Source of the DNA: Patescibacteria group bacterium
GTDB taxonomy: Bacteria; Patescibacteriota; JABMPQ01; JAHIRA01
Assembly (NCBI GenBank): GCA_018818205.1
Contig: JAHISJ010000025.1
Location: 7,343 to 71,342, forward strand
Direction: 5' to 3'
DNA: 64,000 nt
Under the pieces are notes generated by a model that worked only from the letters and a program-made list of their open reading frames with translations, was not told the origin of the DNA and made no database searches. Shown here one piece after another: positions 8,575-17,938 of this stretch. The position numbers and the translations under genes were made by a program. Position 1 is the first letter of the stretch, and each line of letters begins with the position of its first letter.

Positions 8575-10409
8575 TATTCAACAGTAACACTTTTTGCCAA
8601 GTTTCGTGGCTTATCTACATCACATTCTCTCAACACCGCAAGATGATACGAAAGCAGCTGAAGCGGAATAACGGTAAGAAGCGGTTCAAGCACCTCGATC
8701 GTTTCAGGTACAGCAATGAAGTCCTCAACCATTTTTGGAAGCTCAGTGTCGCTTTCTGAACCAATCGCAAGCACGTCTCCCTCTCTAGCTTTTATTTCTT
8801 GAATATTATTTATTGTTTTGTCGTACACGCTGTCTTTTGGCGCAACAAAAAGGGCGGGGAACGTTTTGTCAATCAATGCAATAGGTCCATGCTTCATCTC
8901 GCCTGCCGGGTATCCTTCAGCATGAATGTAGGAAATCTCTTTGAGCTTTAGCGCTCCCTCAAGTGCTATAGGAAAGTTAAACTTTCTTCCCATATACAAG
9001 AAATCTTCAACGTCTTTATACTTCTCTGCGATTTTTTTGATCTCATCGCTTTTTTCTAAAATCGATTCAATTTGCGCCGGAATTTTTACAAGTGCTTCCG
9101 TTATTTCTTTTCCTTGCTCAACCGTCATGTCACGGTGTCTCCCCATTTTGACCGCAAAAAGCACCAGCACCGCAATTTGAGCAACAAACGCTTTTGTTGA
9201 AGCAACGCCAATTTCCGGCCCCGCGTGTACAAATATTCCACCATCAGTGTCCCGGGCAATAGTTGAACCGGCAACGTTACTTACCCCTAAAACACGATGT
9301 CCCTTTCTTTTAATCTCTCTTAGTGCTGCAATGGTGTCAGCGGTTTCACCGGACTGGCTTATGACAAACGACATGGTGTTTTTACCCAAAATGATCCGTT
9401 TGTATCTAAATTCAGATGCGTTTTCTATGTCTACCGGGATCCCAAGTAATTCCTCAATCATATACTTACCAACAAGACCAGCATAATAGGCGGTTCCCAT
9501 CGCACAGATCATGATTCTATCAACCTGCAAAAGCTCCTTTACCGTGTAATTGAGTCCACCAAGATGAGCAAGCCCTTCTTCAGGGATAATACGACCGGCG
9601 ATGGCGTTTCTGATAACTAAAGGCTGCTCAAATATTTCTTTGAGCATAAAATGCGGATAGCCTTTCTTGGTTGCCATGTCACTACTCCACTCAACCTTTT
9701 CTACCTTACTTGTTGCTTCTTCTTTGCTTTTGATTGATCTCACTTCAAATGCATCTTTAGTGATTCTAATAATCTCACCGTCACGCGGGTATACAACACG
9801 CCGGGTATACGGCAGCAACGCAGAAACATCAGATGCAATAAAATGTTCGTCATCACCTATACCAATAATCAGTGGGCTTCCATTTTTTGCACCAATGATT
9901 TCGCCGGGGTGCTCCTCACTCATCACTGCAATGCCATAGGTTCCGTGAACCTCGTTTAATGCCTTTCTTACTGCTTCAAAGAGCGACTTCTCGTTCTTTA
10001 AATGCTCTTCAATCAAATGAGCAAGTATCTCAGTATCAGTCTCCGTATTAAAAGCATGTCCTGCCTTTTTTAACTTTTTCCGCAAATCAATGTAATTCTC
10101 AATAATCCCATTATGCACAATAAGGATTTTCTTGTTGCAGTCCCAATGTGGGTGCGCGTTTAAGTCTGACGGCGCGCCATGCGTAGCCCATCTTGTATGG
10201 GCAATGCCGGCGTTTCCTTCTGGGTAATCAACAGATAGAGAATCCTCAAGTACTCGTATGCGCCCCTTCTTTTTTTCACACTCAATTTTTTCCTTACCAA
10301 AAACCGCAATTCCCGCAGAATCGTATCCTCTATACTCAAGTCTTTTTAGCCCATCAATGAGAATTGGAGTTGCCTTTTTCTCACCGACGTACGCTACAAT
10401 GCCACACAT
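8574..10409 (-). CDS. glmS: Glutamine--fructose-6-phosphate transaminase
   Basis: True start MCGIV at 10409 (Ntn Cys); LEYRGYDSAG, HTRWATHG, SQSGETAD, KLKEISYIHAEG, DKPRNLAKSVTVE. Confidence 0.98.
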   Translation of the reverse strand: MCGIVAYVGEKKATPILIDGLKRLEYRGYDSAGIAVFGKEKIECEKKKGRIRVLEDSLSVDYPEGNAGIAHTRWATHGAPSDLNAHPHWDCNKKILIVHNGIIENYIDLRKKLKKAGHAFNTETDTEILAHLIEEHLKNEKSLFEAVRKALNEVHGTYGIAVMSEEHPGEIIGAKNGSPLIIGIGDDEHFIASDVSALLPYTRRVVYPRDGEIIRITKDAFEVRSIKSKEEATSKVEKVEWSSDMATKKGYPHFMLKEIFEQPLVIRNAIAGRIIPEEGLAHLGGLNYTVKELLQVDRIMICAMGTAYYAGLVGKYMIEELLGIPVDIENASEFRYKRIILGKNTMSFVISQSGETADTIAALREIKRKGHRVLGVSNVAGSTIARDTDGGIFVHAGPEIGVASTKAFVAQIAVLVLFAVKMGRHRDMTVEQGKEITEALVKIPAQIESILEKSDEIKKIAEKYKDVEDFLYMGRKFNFPIALEGALKLKEISYIHAEGYPAGEMKHGPIALIDKTFPALFVAPKDSVYDKTINNIQEIKAREGDVLAIGSESDTELPKMVEDFIAVPETIEVLEPLLTVIPLQLLSYHLAVLRECDVDKPRNLAKSVTVE

Positions 10410-10575
10410 ATGCGTCAAATAAATTAAAAATAGTACATAGTAAGTATGCCTCAAAAAAGACCTTTAGTCAACGATTTTACAAAACAGATCACCCTCTAAA
10501 AAAGCTAGCCCTGCTTACAATAATTTGTTACAACATAAAGAGTTTTACAGAAAAACTAATTGTAACAAACCCATT

Positions 10576-10828
10576 ATGAAATCATTTGAACATCCTCCAC
10601 ACCTCGATACAAAATGGTACGATACTTTTGAACAATACGGTGCATTCCAAGCATATGAGTATCTAAATGGAGATTTGGAATGTTATAAAAAATAACCCAG
10701 AAGAAATGCTTCGTTTTGATGTTGGCAAGTACTCACCCACCAACGAAAGACATATATGGATTTTAGATACCCTAGGGACTACAAATGAAGATCTAGAATC
10801 AATTGAAAACAGTCAGGAGCAACCATAG
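10576..10828 (+). pseudogene. Probable internally deleted gene remnant (N- and C-terminal fragments in different frames)
   Basis: MKSFEHPPHLDTKWYDTFEQYGAFQAYEYLNGDLECYKK* (10576-10695) followed in the +1 frame by PEEMLRFDVGKYSPTNERHIWILDTLGTTNEDLESIENSQEQP* (to 10828). Confidence 0.5.
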
Positions 10829-10940
10829 AGCGTAAAGTAACGTAAAAAAATTATGAATGACTTTAAGAAGTATGTTCCGCTTCATGAGTGGCTGGTAAGA
10901 ATGGTTAAGCGAGCAAAATAACTACTTTGTAGATTTCTAT

Positions 10941-10976
10941 AAAAGAGTATGCACATTTTCTGCATACTCTTTTTTA
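10941..10976. terminator. Intrinsic terminator, possibly bidirectional
   Basis: AAAAGAGTATGCA-cattttc-TGCATACTCTTTT followed by T run. Confidence 0.75.
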
Positions 10977-11058
10977 TTGCCCAATTAATATTCAGACATT
11001 TGACACAAAGCTCAGTTTAGTGTTACGTTTAAGAGCAATTTTCACGAAGGAGGACCCT

Positions 11059-11745
11059 ATGTCAGAAAAGACAGAAAAAAAGCCAGACCCGATCTGGCAA
11101 AAAGAAGAATCAAGAAGAAAATTTTTCCAAGGAGCATTGCTTAGCTCCGGTGTATTCATCATTTGTGGAGGAATGTTATTTTTTGAAAGTTTTGAAATAT
11201 TGAAACAGAGCAGTCAATTTGTGGCTGCATTATTGATAATAGTGTTTGGAATTGGACTTTTGTTTTATGGCTTTTTACACTCCAGACAAGATATTCAAGA
11301 GGTTGAACAAGAGCATAGACTACTCCTCTACTTCTTCTCTAGAGTTTTGATGCTTAAGGGAAAAGGAGACACTATTCTTCGAAAGATTATCGTAAGCTAC
11401 CAAGCAGAGTCTATTTTGAGACAAGAATTAGACCTCTTGTTTCAAGGAAAATCTGATCGATCCCAAGATAGCATTGAAGAAGATATCCAAAAAGTGCTCG
11501 AGGAAAGAAAAGAAATTCAAAAGGAATGCGAGAGTTTTGAAAGACTGCATAATTTAGAAGGAGAATCAATCACCGCTTTTATTGAAGAGTTGTTTGGAAA
11601 GCCCAGAAGAATTTCAGAAGAGACTTTACAGATGATGGACTCAAAGGTTCTAGCAAAAGAAATTCTGGAGAAACTTCAAGAAGAAACTGGCCTCAGTAAA
11701 GAATTATTGGCTCTCATTATTCAGAAGAATGATGGCGAAAATTGA
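11059..11745 (+). CDS. Hypothetical membrane protein (2 TM helices plus helical acidic C-terminal region)
   Basis: AAGGAGG RBS before ATG 11059; two hydrophobic segments. Confidence 0.7.
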   Translation: MSEKTEKKPDPIWQKEESRRKFFQGALLSSGVFIICGGMLFFESFEILKQSSQFVAALLIIVFGIGLLFYGFLHSRQDIQEVEQEHRLLLYFFSRVLMLKGKGDTILRKIIVSYQAESILRQELDLLFQGKSDRSQDSIEEDIQKVLEERKEIQKECESFERLHNLEGESITAFIEELFGKPRRISEETLQMMDSKVLAKEILEKLQEETGLSKELLALIIQKNDGEN

Positions 11746-11802
11746 TGCTACTGCTATTAACACGACTTACGCCAAGACTCATACGAGATTTGGCTATTTT
11801 TT

Positions 11803-14223
11803 TTATACATTTTTTTCTAGACTTGTTAGCGCTTTTTGTATGTTCGTCTTTTCCTTAAGTATTTCCTCCCATAAATCCCCCTGTTTTTTTATCCTTTTCC
11901 CCATAGTTTTTAGCGTATATTTTTGTGGTGAAAGTTTTGCTGTAACTTCTGACCATTTGAGCGGAGTTGAAACAAGGGCACCCCTCACAGGCCTAAGTGA
12001 ATAGACCGACACAGCAGTTTGCCCTTTTCTGTTTTGAAGAACGTCTATATACACTTTCTTTTCTCTCTTCTTTATAGTTCGCTCCATTGTTGCAATCTCT
12101 GGCACTTTTTTAACTATCATGCGACCCACAAGCTCAGCAAACGTTCGTGCCTGCGCGTATGTATACCGCGCTTCCAAAGGCACATAAATATGGAGTCCCG
12201 TTTTTCCAGATGTTTTACAATAATTGGGAACGTTAATCTCATCTAACAGTTGGTGAATTTCTCTTGCAACACGAACCACATTTATAAACAGTGCGCCATG
12301 CGGATCTAAATCAAATAGTACATAATCTGGATTATTGATGCTACTTACTTGTGAATGCCATGGGTGCAGCTCTAGGCTTCCAAGGTTTACCAAATAAACA
12401 AGTGTTTCAAGATTATTGCACAGCACATAGTCAAGATATCGTTTGGTTGATTTTGAATAGATTCTTTTTGTTTTAACCCATTTTGGCGTTGTACCCGCCA
12501 TATCTTTCTGGTAAAACCCTTCCATATCTATTCCTTCTGGAAACCTATGAAGCACCATTGGTCTGTTTTTAAGATAGGGTAAAATAACGTCTCCAATTTC
12601 TATATAATACTCAGCTATATCTTTTTTGGTGTACTTAACCTGAGGATACAAAATCTTATTTGGATTTGAAAGATGAAATCTTTCACTTGTCTTTTTTGGT
12701 TTTAACTCCTGTTGATAGGACTCAAAATCAATCTCTTCAATTTCACCAATCACTGGATGCCTCAGCATCCCCTTTCCTGTCACTTCAGAGTATTGAACAC
12801 TTATTTTGTACAATGGTTTTACCCACGTAAACGAATACTTTGTTTTTGGAATTTCACTTAAAGCCGTCGTTTTTCTTTCTACCTTTTCAAGTTCATTTCT
12901 AAGGACTACCGATTGCCGCTCAGAAATGCCAGATCCTGCGTTACCCACATATTCATAATTTCCTTTTTTCTTTTGAGCAAGAGCTAGTGATCCAATACCT
13001 CTACTCCCCTTTTTAGGCTCTGTAAATCCAACTATATATACTTTCTTCTCTTTTACACGCTTTATCTTTTTCCAATTTGTGCTTCTCTTCCCTATTTCAT
13101 ACGCACTATCTGCTTTTTTTGCCATAACCCCTTCTAGTCCAGCCTTGCTCGCAATATCAAAAAAAGATATTCCTGTTTTTTCTATATGGTCTACATACAA
13201 AAGAACCTGAGACTTCCTAGGAAATATTTTCCTTAAGACTTTTTTTCTTTCTGTAAGAGATACATCAATCAATGATTTTCCCTGAAGTGACAGAAGATCA
13301 AAAATACAATATGTCAATGTCCCAGCTCTACTACTGTCTTTAATCAAATCAAACTGCGAGTGGCCCTTTTTATTAACCATAACAAGCTCTCCATCAAAAA
13401 CTGCATCAAAAGGTAATCGCTTTAGTTCCTTTACCACTTCTGGAAACCGTTCATTGAATGATTTACCATTTCTTGAATAAAGATCTACCTCACCCTCTAC
13501 CTTTTCTGCAATGGCCCTAAATCCATCGTACTTAATCTCAAAAAGCCATCCAGGGGAATCAAATGGCTCTCGTACAAGTTCCGCAAGCATAGGACTCACA
13601 TTAGCGACCTTTTCTTTTTTTGCATCAACTGATTTGAGTACAGCCTGCAATTGTTTTTTTGCTGGTGATGTAAACTTTTTTTGTGTGCTCTTCTTTTTTA
13701 CTGCTTCCTTTTTCCATCTTTCATCGCTCACTTTATAGAAAAGCCACGTATCTTGCTTTCCCGTTTTGAATTTCACCAGAGCGTATGTTCCCTTAAGTTT
13801 TTTACCATAAAACTCCAACACAAAATGACCTTTAGTAAGTCCTTTTTTAATTTTTTCTTCATTGTACTTCTTGCTTTTTTCTTTACATCCAACGTAATTG
13901 TAGACACCCTCATCCCAGATCTCTACCTTGCCTGCACCGTATTGCCCTTCTGGAATTTCGCCTTCAAATGTTCTGTATTCAAACGGGTGATCTTCTGCAT
14001 GAATAGCAAGACGTTTCTTTTTTGGATCTTTTGACGGTTCTTTTGGTACAGCAAAACTAACAAGTACTCCAAAAAGTTCTAAACGTAAATCAAAGTGGAG
14101 CCTTTGTGCATGATGTTTATGAACTACAAAACGCAATACCTCGTCGTCCCCCTTATTGACTTTGCCAGAAGGCTCTGGCGTTTTGGTACGTGTCCTTTTT
14201 TCTTTGTATTTTTTTAAGGTCAT
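11803..14223 (-). CDS. ligD: NHEJ DNA ligase D (phosphoesterase-ligase-polymerase)
   Basis: FVVHKHHAQRLHFDLRLE (phosphoesterase), EIKYDGFR and EGVMAK (ligase), RFPEG, FDLDP, KTSGKTGLH (polymerase). Confidence 0.96.
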   Translation of the reverse strand: MTLKKYKEKRTRTKTPEPSGKVNKGDDEVLRFVVHKHHAQRLHFDLRLELFGVLVSFAVPKEPSKDPKKKRLAIHAEDHPFEYRTFEGEIPEGQYGAGKVEIWDEGVYNYVGCKEKSKKYNEEKIKKGLTKGHFVLEFYGKKLKGTYALVKFKTGKQDTWLFYKVSDERWKKEAVKKKSTQKKFTSPAKKQLQAVLKSVDAKKEKVANVSPMLAELVREPFDSPGWLFEIKYDGFRAIAEKVEGEVDLYSRNGKSFNERFPEVVKELKRLPFDAVFDGELVMVNKKGHSQFDLIKDSSRAGTLTYCIFDLLSLQGKSLIDVSLTERKKVLRKIFPRKSQVLLYVDHIEKTGISFFDIASKAGLEGVMAKKADSAYEIGKRSTNWKKIKRVKEKKVYIVGFTEPKKGSRGIGSLALAQKKKGNYEYVGNAGSGISERQSVVLRNELEKVERKTTALSEIPKTKYSFTWVKPLYKISVQYSEVTGKGMLRHPVIGEIEEIDFESYQQELKPKKTSERFHLSNPNKILYPQVKYTKKDIAEYYIEIGDVILPYLKNRPMVLHRFPEGIDMEGFYQKDMAGTTPKWVKTKRIYSKSTKRYLDYVLCNNLETLVYLVNLGSLELHPWHSQVSSINNPDYVLFDLDPHGALFINVVRVAREIHQLLDEINVPNYCKTSGKTGLHIYVPLEARYTYAQARTFAELVGRMIVKKVPEIATMERTIKKREKKVYIDVLQNRKGQTAVSVYSLRPVRGALVSTPLKWSEVTAKLSPQKYTLKTMGKRIKKQGDLWEEILKEKTNIQKALTSLEKNV

Positions 14224-14233
14224 ATATGGATGG

Positions 14234-15013
14234 TTAGACCTTCACTTTTTTTGATTTTTCCAAGCTCTTTTTAAGTTCCTTCATTAAATCAGTGACTTCT
14301 GTTGCTTTTGGTATTTTCCCTTTTGGGGTAATGGTCTTCTTTTCTTTCTTCTCTTGAATTGCTTTTTTTAACGATTTTACATACGAGTCTTTGTACTTCT
14401 TTGGGTCAAACTTTCCTTCCATATTTGAGATAATATCAATTGCCATGTTTAGCTCTTCTTTTTTAACCTTCCCTTGCTTTGGAATGGTAAGTTCGCTTGG
14501 ATCTCTAAGCTCCGTAGCAAACCTGAGTTGATTTAATACGAGCATATCGCCTTCTGCTTTGAGCGCTGCTAGATGCTCGTGCGTTTTAAAAACATATGTT
14601 GCGACACCGACTTTTTTTGATTTTTTAAGCGCTTGAACAAGAAGCGCATAGATCTCAGCTGCATTTTCTGCAGGCTCAAGATAGTAAGGTTTATCAAAAT
14701 ACTTTGTATTGATTTCACCCACGGTTACAAAAGAAGAAACATCAATCGTGTTTGATTTTTTTACGTCAGCTTTTTCAAAATCACTGTCTTCCATGATAAC
14801 GTACTCACCTTTCTTATACTCATACCCTTTTACAATGTCATCTTTTGAAACTTCTTTGCCATCGGACTCGCGATACTTTCCATAGTGTATACGCGAATTA
14901 TCGTTTTTATCTAAATAGTGAAACGTAAGTTGATGGTCCTTTGTTCCGCTATATAGATTGACTGGGATATAAATAAGGCCAAAACGTATGCCTCCTGTCC
15001 AGATTGGTTTCAT
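14234..15013 (-). CDS. ku: NHEJ Ku protein
   Basis: MKPIWTGGIRFGLIYIPV, IVKGYEY, YFDKPYYL, DLMKELKKSL; adjacent to ligD. Confidence 0.96.
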   Translation of the reverse strand: MKPIWTGGIRFGLIYIPVNLYSGTKDHQLTFHYLDKNDNSRIHYGKYRESDGKEVSKDDIVKGYEYKKGEYVIMEDSDFEKADVKKSNTIDVSSFVTVGEINTKYFDKPYYLEPAENAAEIYALLVQALKKSKKVGVATYVFKTHEHLAALKAEGDMLVLNQLRFATELRDPSELTIPKQGKVKKEELNMAIDIISNMEGKFDPKKYKDSYVKSLKKAIQEKKEKKTITPKGKIPKATEVTDLMKELKKSLEKSKKVKV

Positions 15014-15090
15014 GGGTTTAGTTAATGTTATTTGACATAAAATATATTACGTGTTATTTTGCAATGCTCGTTCACTCGCTAGGAGGAAAG

Positions 15091-15375
15091 ATGAAAAAGG
15101 TACTATACGTCTTTGCGATTTGTTGTTTTTTTCTAAACTTAGGCTGTCGTCAAATCAGGACTGAAGCTGGCTGCCTTGTTTGCGAAAGCGGATTCCAATG
15201 CACCAATGGCTATGCGTGCCGAAAAAATACATGCAAGAAAGTTGCCTGTAAAAAAAATTCTGACTGCAACAAGAACGATTTAGAGAAATGTGAAGAGGGT
15301 TTTTGCCACGCTCCAACACCCAAATGTTATGTTCGTTGTGGAATAAGCAATTCAAATACAAGTTGCATCAAATAA
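15091..15375 (+). CDS. Small cysteine-rich putative lipoprotein
   Basis: AGGAGG RBS; MKK + hydrophobic stretch + LNLG/C lipobox-like site; 12 further Cys. Confidence 0.7.
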   Translation: MKKVLYVFAICCFFLNLGCRQIRTEAGCLVCESGFQCTNGYACRKNTCKKVACKKNSDCNKNDLEKCEEGFCHAPTPKCYVRCGISNSNTSCIK

Positions 15376-15381
15376 CAAAGA

Positions 15382-17814
15382 TTAGATAACCACAAAATTC
15401 AGCAATCTACCCTCAACGTAGATTGTTTTTTTTATTTCCTTTCCTTCAATAAATTTTTGAACGTTTTTCACTTCTTTTGCTAGAGCAATAATATCCTCCT
15501 CGGTACTATCGGATGCAACCATAATGGTTCCACGTACTTTGCCATTAATTTGAATGGGGATCTCCATCTGGTCTTCAACGAGTAACGCTTCATTATACTG
15601 AGGCCATGATTCTTTAAAGATGCTGTTTTTGTGTCCAAGTTTCTCCCAAATCTCTTCAGTAAGATGCGGTGCAAAAGGTGAGAGAATAAGTAAAAAAGTC
15701 TCAAATGATTTTTTATCTGCTGCTTCACTTTTTTGAAATGCATTTAAAAAAATCATCATCGCTGAGATTGCTGTGTTTAAGCTCAGTGACTCAATATCTT
15801 CTGTTACTTTCTTTATGGTCTTGATTAATACTTTTTCTAGTGACTTTTCACTTTCATTATCTTCAAGGTCTTTCTTTTCAGCAATACCCCACACTTTATC
15901 TAAAAATCGCTTTATACCCATAATTCCTTTTGTATCCCACGGCTTTGAATCTTCAAGAGGCCCCATAAACATCTCGTACATACGCATGGTATCAGCGCCA
16001 TATTCATAAACCACCTCATCAGGGTTTATAACATTGCCCAGGGACTTAGACATTTTCCTGCCATCTTCTGCCATAATAAGACCTTGATTGATGAGCCTTT
16101 TAAACGGCTCATCCACACCACAAAGGCCTTCATCATACAATACCTTAGTGAAAAATCTGGAATAAATGAGATGTCCCACGGCATGTTCTGCACCACCAAC
16201 GTAGAGATCAACGGGCATCCATTTTTGTATTTTTTCCTTTGAACAAAATTCTTGTTCGTTCTTTGAGTCAAGGTATCTAAAAAAGTACCATGAAGAACAC
16301 ACAAACGTATCCAAGGTATCTGACTCTCTTTTTACCCCCTCGCCTGACTTGCCGCATTTAGGACAGGTAACCTCATGAAATGTTTTTGAGCCCTTAAGCG
16401 GAGACTCTCCGGTGGGCTTAAAATCGACATCGGTTGGCAGTACTACTGGCAACTCGTCAGTAGATAACGGGAGTTCACCACATTCATCACAATATACTAT
16501 GGGTATTGGCGTACCCCAATACCGTTGTCTAGAAATAAGCCAATCACGGAGATGGTACCTGATCGTTCGCTTTCCCCAGCCTTTCTCTTCTAGATAATCC
16601 ATCATCTTAGAAATCGCTACGCTTATTTCTAACCCATCTAAGAAATCAGAATTAATCATAGTACCTGCATCTTCTTGAACTTGATGTGCATCAGTGATGT
16701 CAGTAGTATCACCATCTGGACCTACAACCACACGTTTAATAGGTAGATCACATGCTTTGGCAAACTCAAAATCACGCATGTCGTGACCAGGAACTCCCAC
16801 AACCATACCTGTTCCAACGGTGTTAAGAACAAAATCAGCAACGTAAATCGGCAGTTTGGTATTATTTAGTTTGTTTACTGCATACCTTCCTGTAAAGACT
16901 CCTGACTTTTTTCGCCCCTCCGACACACGCTCGAGCTCGGTCTTCTTTAATGCCTCATTTATATAAGCATCGACTTCTTCTCTCTGCTCTTTTGGAACAA
17001 AATCGTCCTGTGCGTTTAGTAGCTCATTCTCGGGAGCAATAACCACAAACGTTGCACCAAAATTGGTATCAGGCCTGGTTGTTGACACGACGATTTCTCT
17101 ATCCAAATCTTTAAGCGGATACGTAATATCAATCCATTCTTTTCTGCCAATCCAGTTTTTCTGCATGAGTTTGAGCTTTTCTGGAAAATCGATCTTTTCC
17201 AAATCATCTACAAGTCTATCCGCATAAGCAGTTGTCTTAAAAAACCACTGCTTTAAGTTTTTTTGAACAACCTGATTGTTACACCGTTCACAATGATCAT
17301 CAATAACCTGCTCATTCGCAAGCACCGTCTTGCATGACTCACACCAATTTACCTTTGCTTCTTTTCTGTAAGCTAATCCCTTTTTGTAAAACAGCAAAAA
17401 GAACCACTGAGTCCATTTGTAATAGTCCAGATCACACGTTGCAAACTCCCTAGACCAATCATATGAGAGACCCAGAGACTTTATTTGTCTCTTAAATGTT
17501 TTTATGTTATCTCTCGTACTTTTTTCCGGCGGCACTCCCGTTTTGATTGCGTAATTTTCCGCAGGAAGACCAAACGCGTCCCAACCCATGGGGTGGAGCA
17601 CCTCAAATCCGTTCATGCGTTTATAACGGGACACTATATCTGTTGCAGTATAGCCCTCAGGATGTCCTACATGAAGACCTGCTCCGGAGGGGTACGGAAA
17701 CATATCAAGGCAGTAATACTTGGGTTTTTTTGACAAATCGTCAGTTTTGTAAAGCTCTTCTTTGTCCCATTTATCTTGCCATTTCTTTTCAATGCTTTTG
17801 TGGTCATAAGACAT
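15382..17814 (-). CDS. leuS: Leucine--tRNA ligase
   Basis: MFPYPSGAGLHVGH, GWDAFGLPAEN, DWLISRQRYWG, KMSKS. Confidence 0.98.
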   Translation of the reverse strand: MSYDHKSIEKKWQDKWDKEELYKTDDLSKKPKYYCLDMFPYPSGAGLHVGHPEGYTATDIVSRYKRMNGFEVLHPMGWDAFGLPAENYAIKTGVPPEKSTRDNIKTFKRQIKSLGLSYDWSREFATCDLDYYKWTQWFFLLFYKKGLAYRKEAKVNWCESCKTVLANEQVIDDHCERCNNQVVQKNLKQWFFKTTAYADRLVDDLEKIDFPEKLKLMQKNWIGRKEWIDITYPLKDLDREIVVSTTRPDTNFGATFVVIAPENELLNAQDDFVPKEQREEVDAYINEALKKTELERVSEGRKKSGVFTGRYAVNKLNNTKLPIYVADFVLNTVGTGMVVGVPGHDMRDFEFAKACDLPIKRVVVGPDGDTTDITDAHQVQEDAGTMINSDFLDGLEISVAISKMMDYLEEKGWGKRTIRYHLRDWLISRQRYWGTPIPIVYCDECGELPLSTDELPVVLPTDVDFKPTGESPLKGSKTFHEVTCPKCGKSGEGVKRESDTLDTFVCSSWYFFRYLDSKNEQEFCSKEKIQKWMPVDLYVGGAEHAVGHLIYSRFFTKVLYDEGLCGVDEPFKRLINQGLIMAEDGRKMSKSLGNVINPDEVVYEYGADTMRMYEMFMGPLEDSKPWDTKGIMGIKRFLDKVWGIAEKKDLEDNESEKSLEKVLIKTIKKVTEDIESLSLNTAISAMMIFLNAFQKSEAADKKSFETFLLILSPFAPHLTEEIWEKLGHKNSIFKESWPQYNEALLVEDQMEIPIQINGKVRGTIMVASDSTEEDIIALAKEVKNVQKFIEGKEIKKTIYVEGRLLNFVVI

Positions 17815-17938
17815 GCACGTTCGGGTTAATCAACTTTATGTACCATCAGTATATCCTAAGCGTACGCTCTTTTGAATACAAAAAACCAATCCTTGCTTTA
17901 AGAATCAATTCTTCACAAATCTAAATTGGCTATTTATT

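Noticed and set aside
10410-10570. glmS ribozyme upstream of glmS
   Set aside because: The leader is AT-rich; I could not find the conserved core or pairing elements
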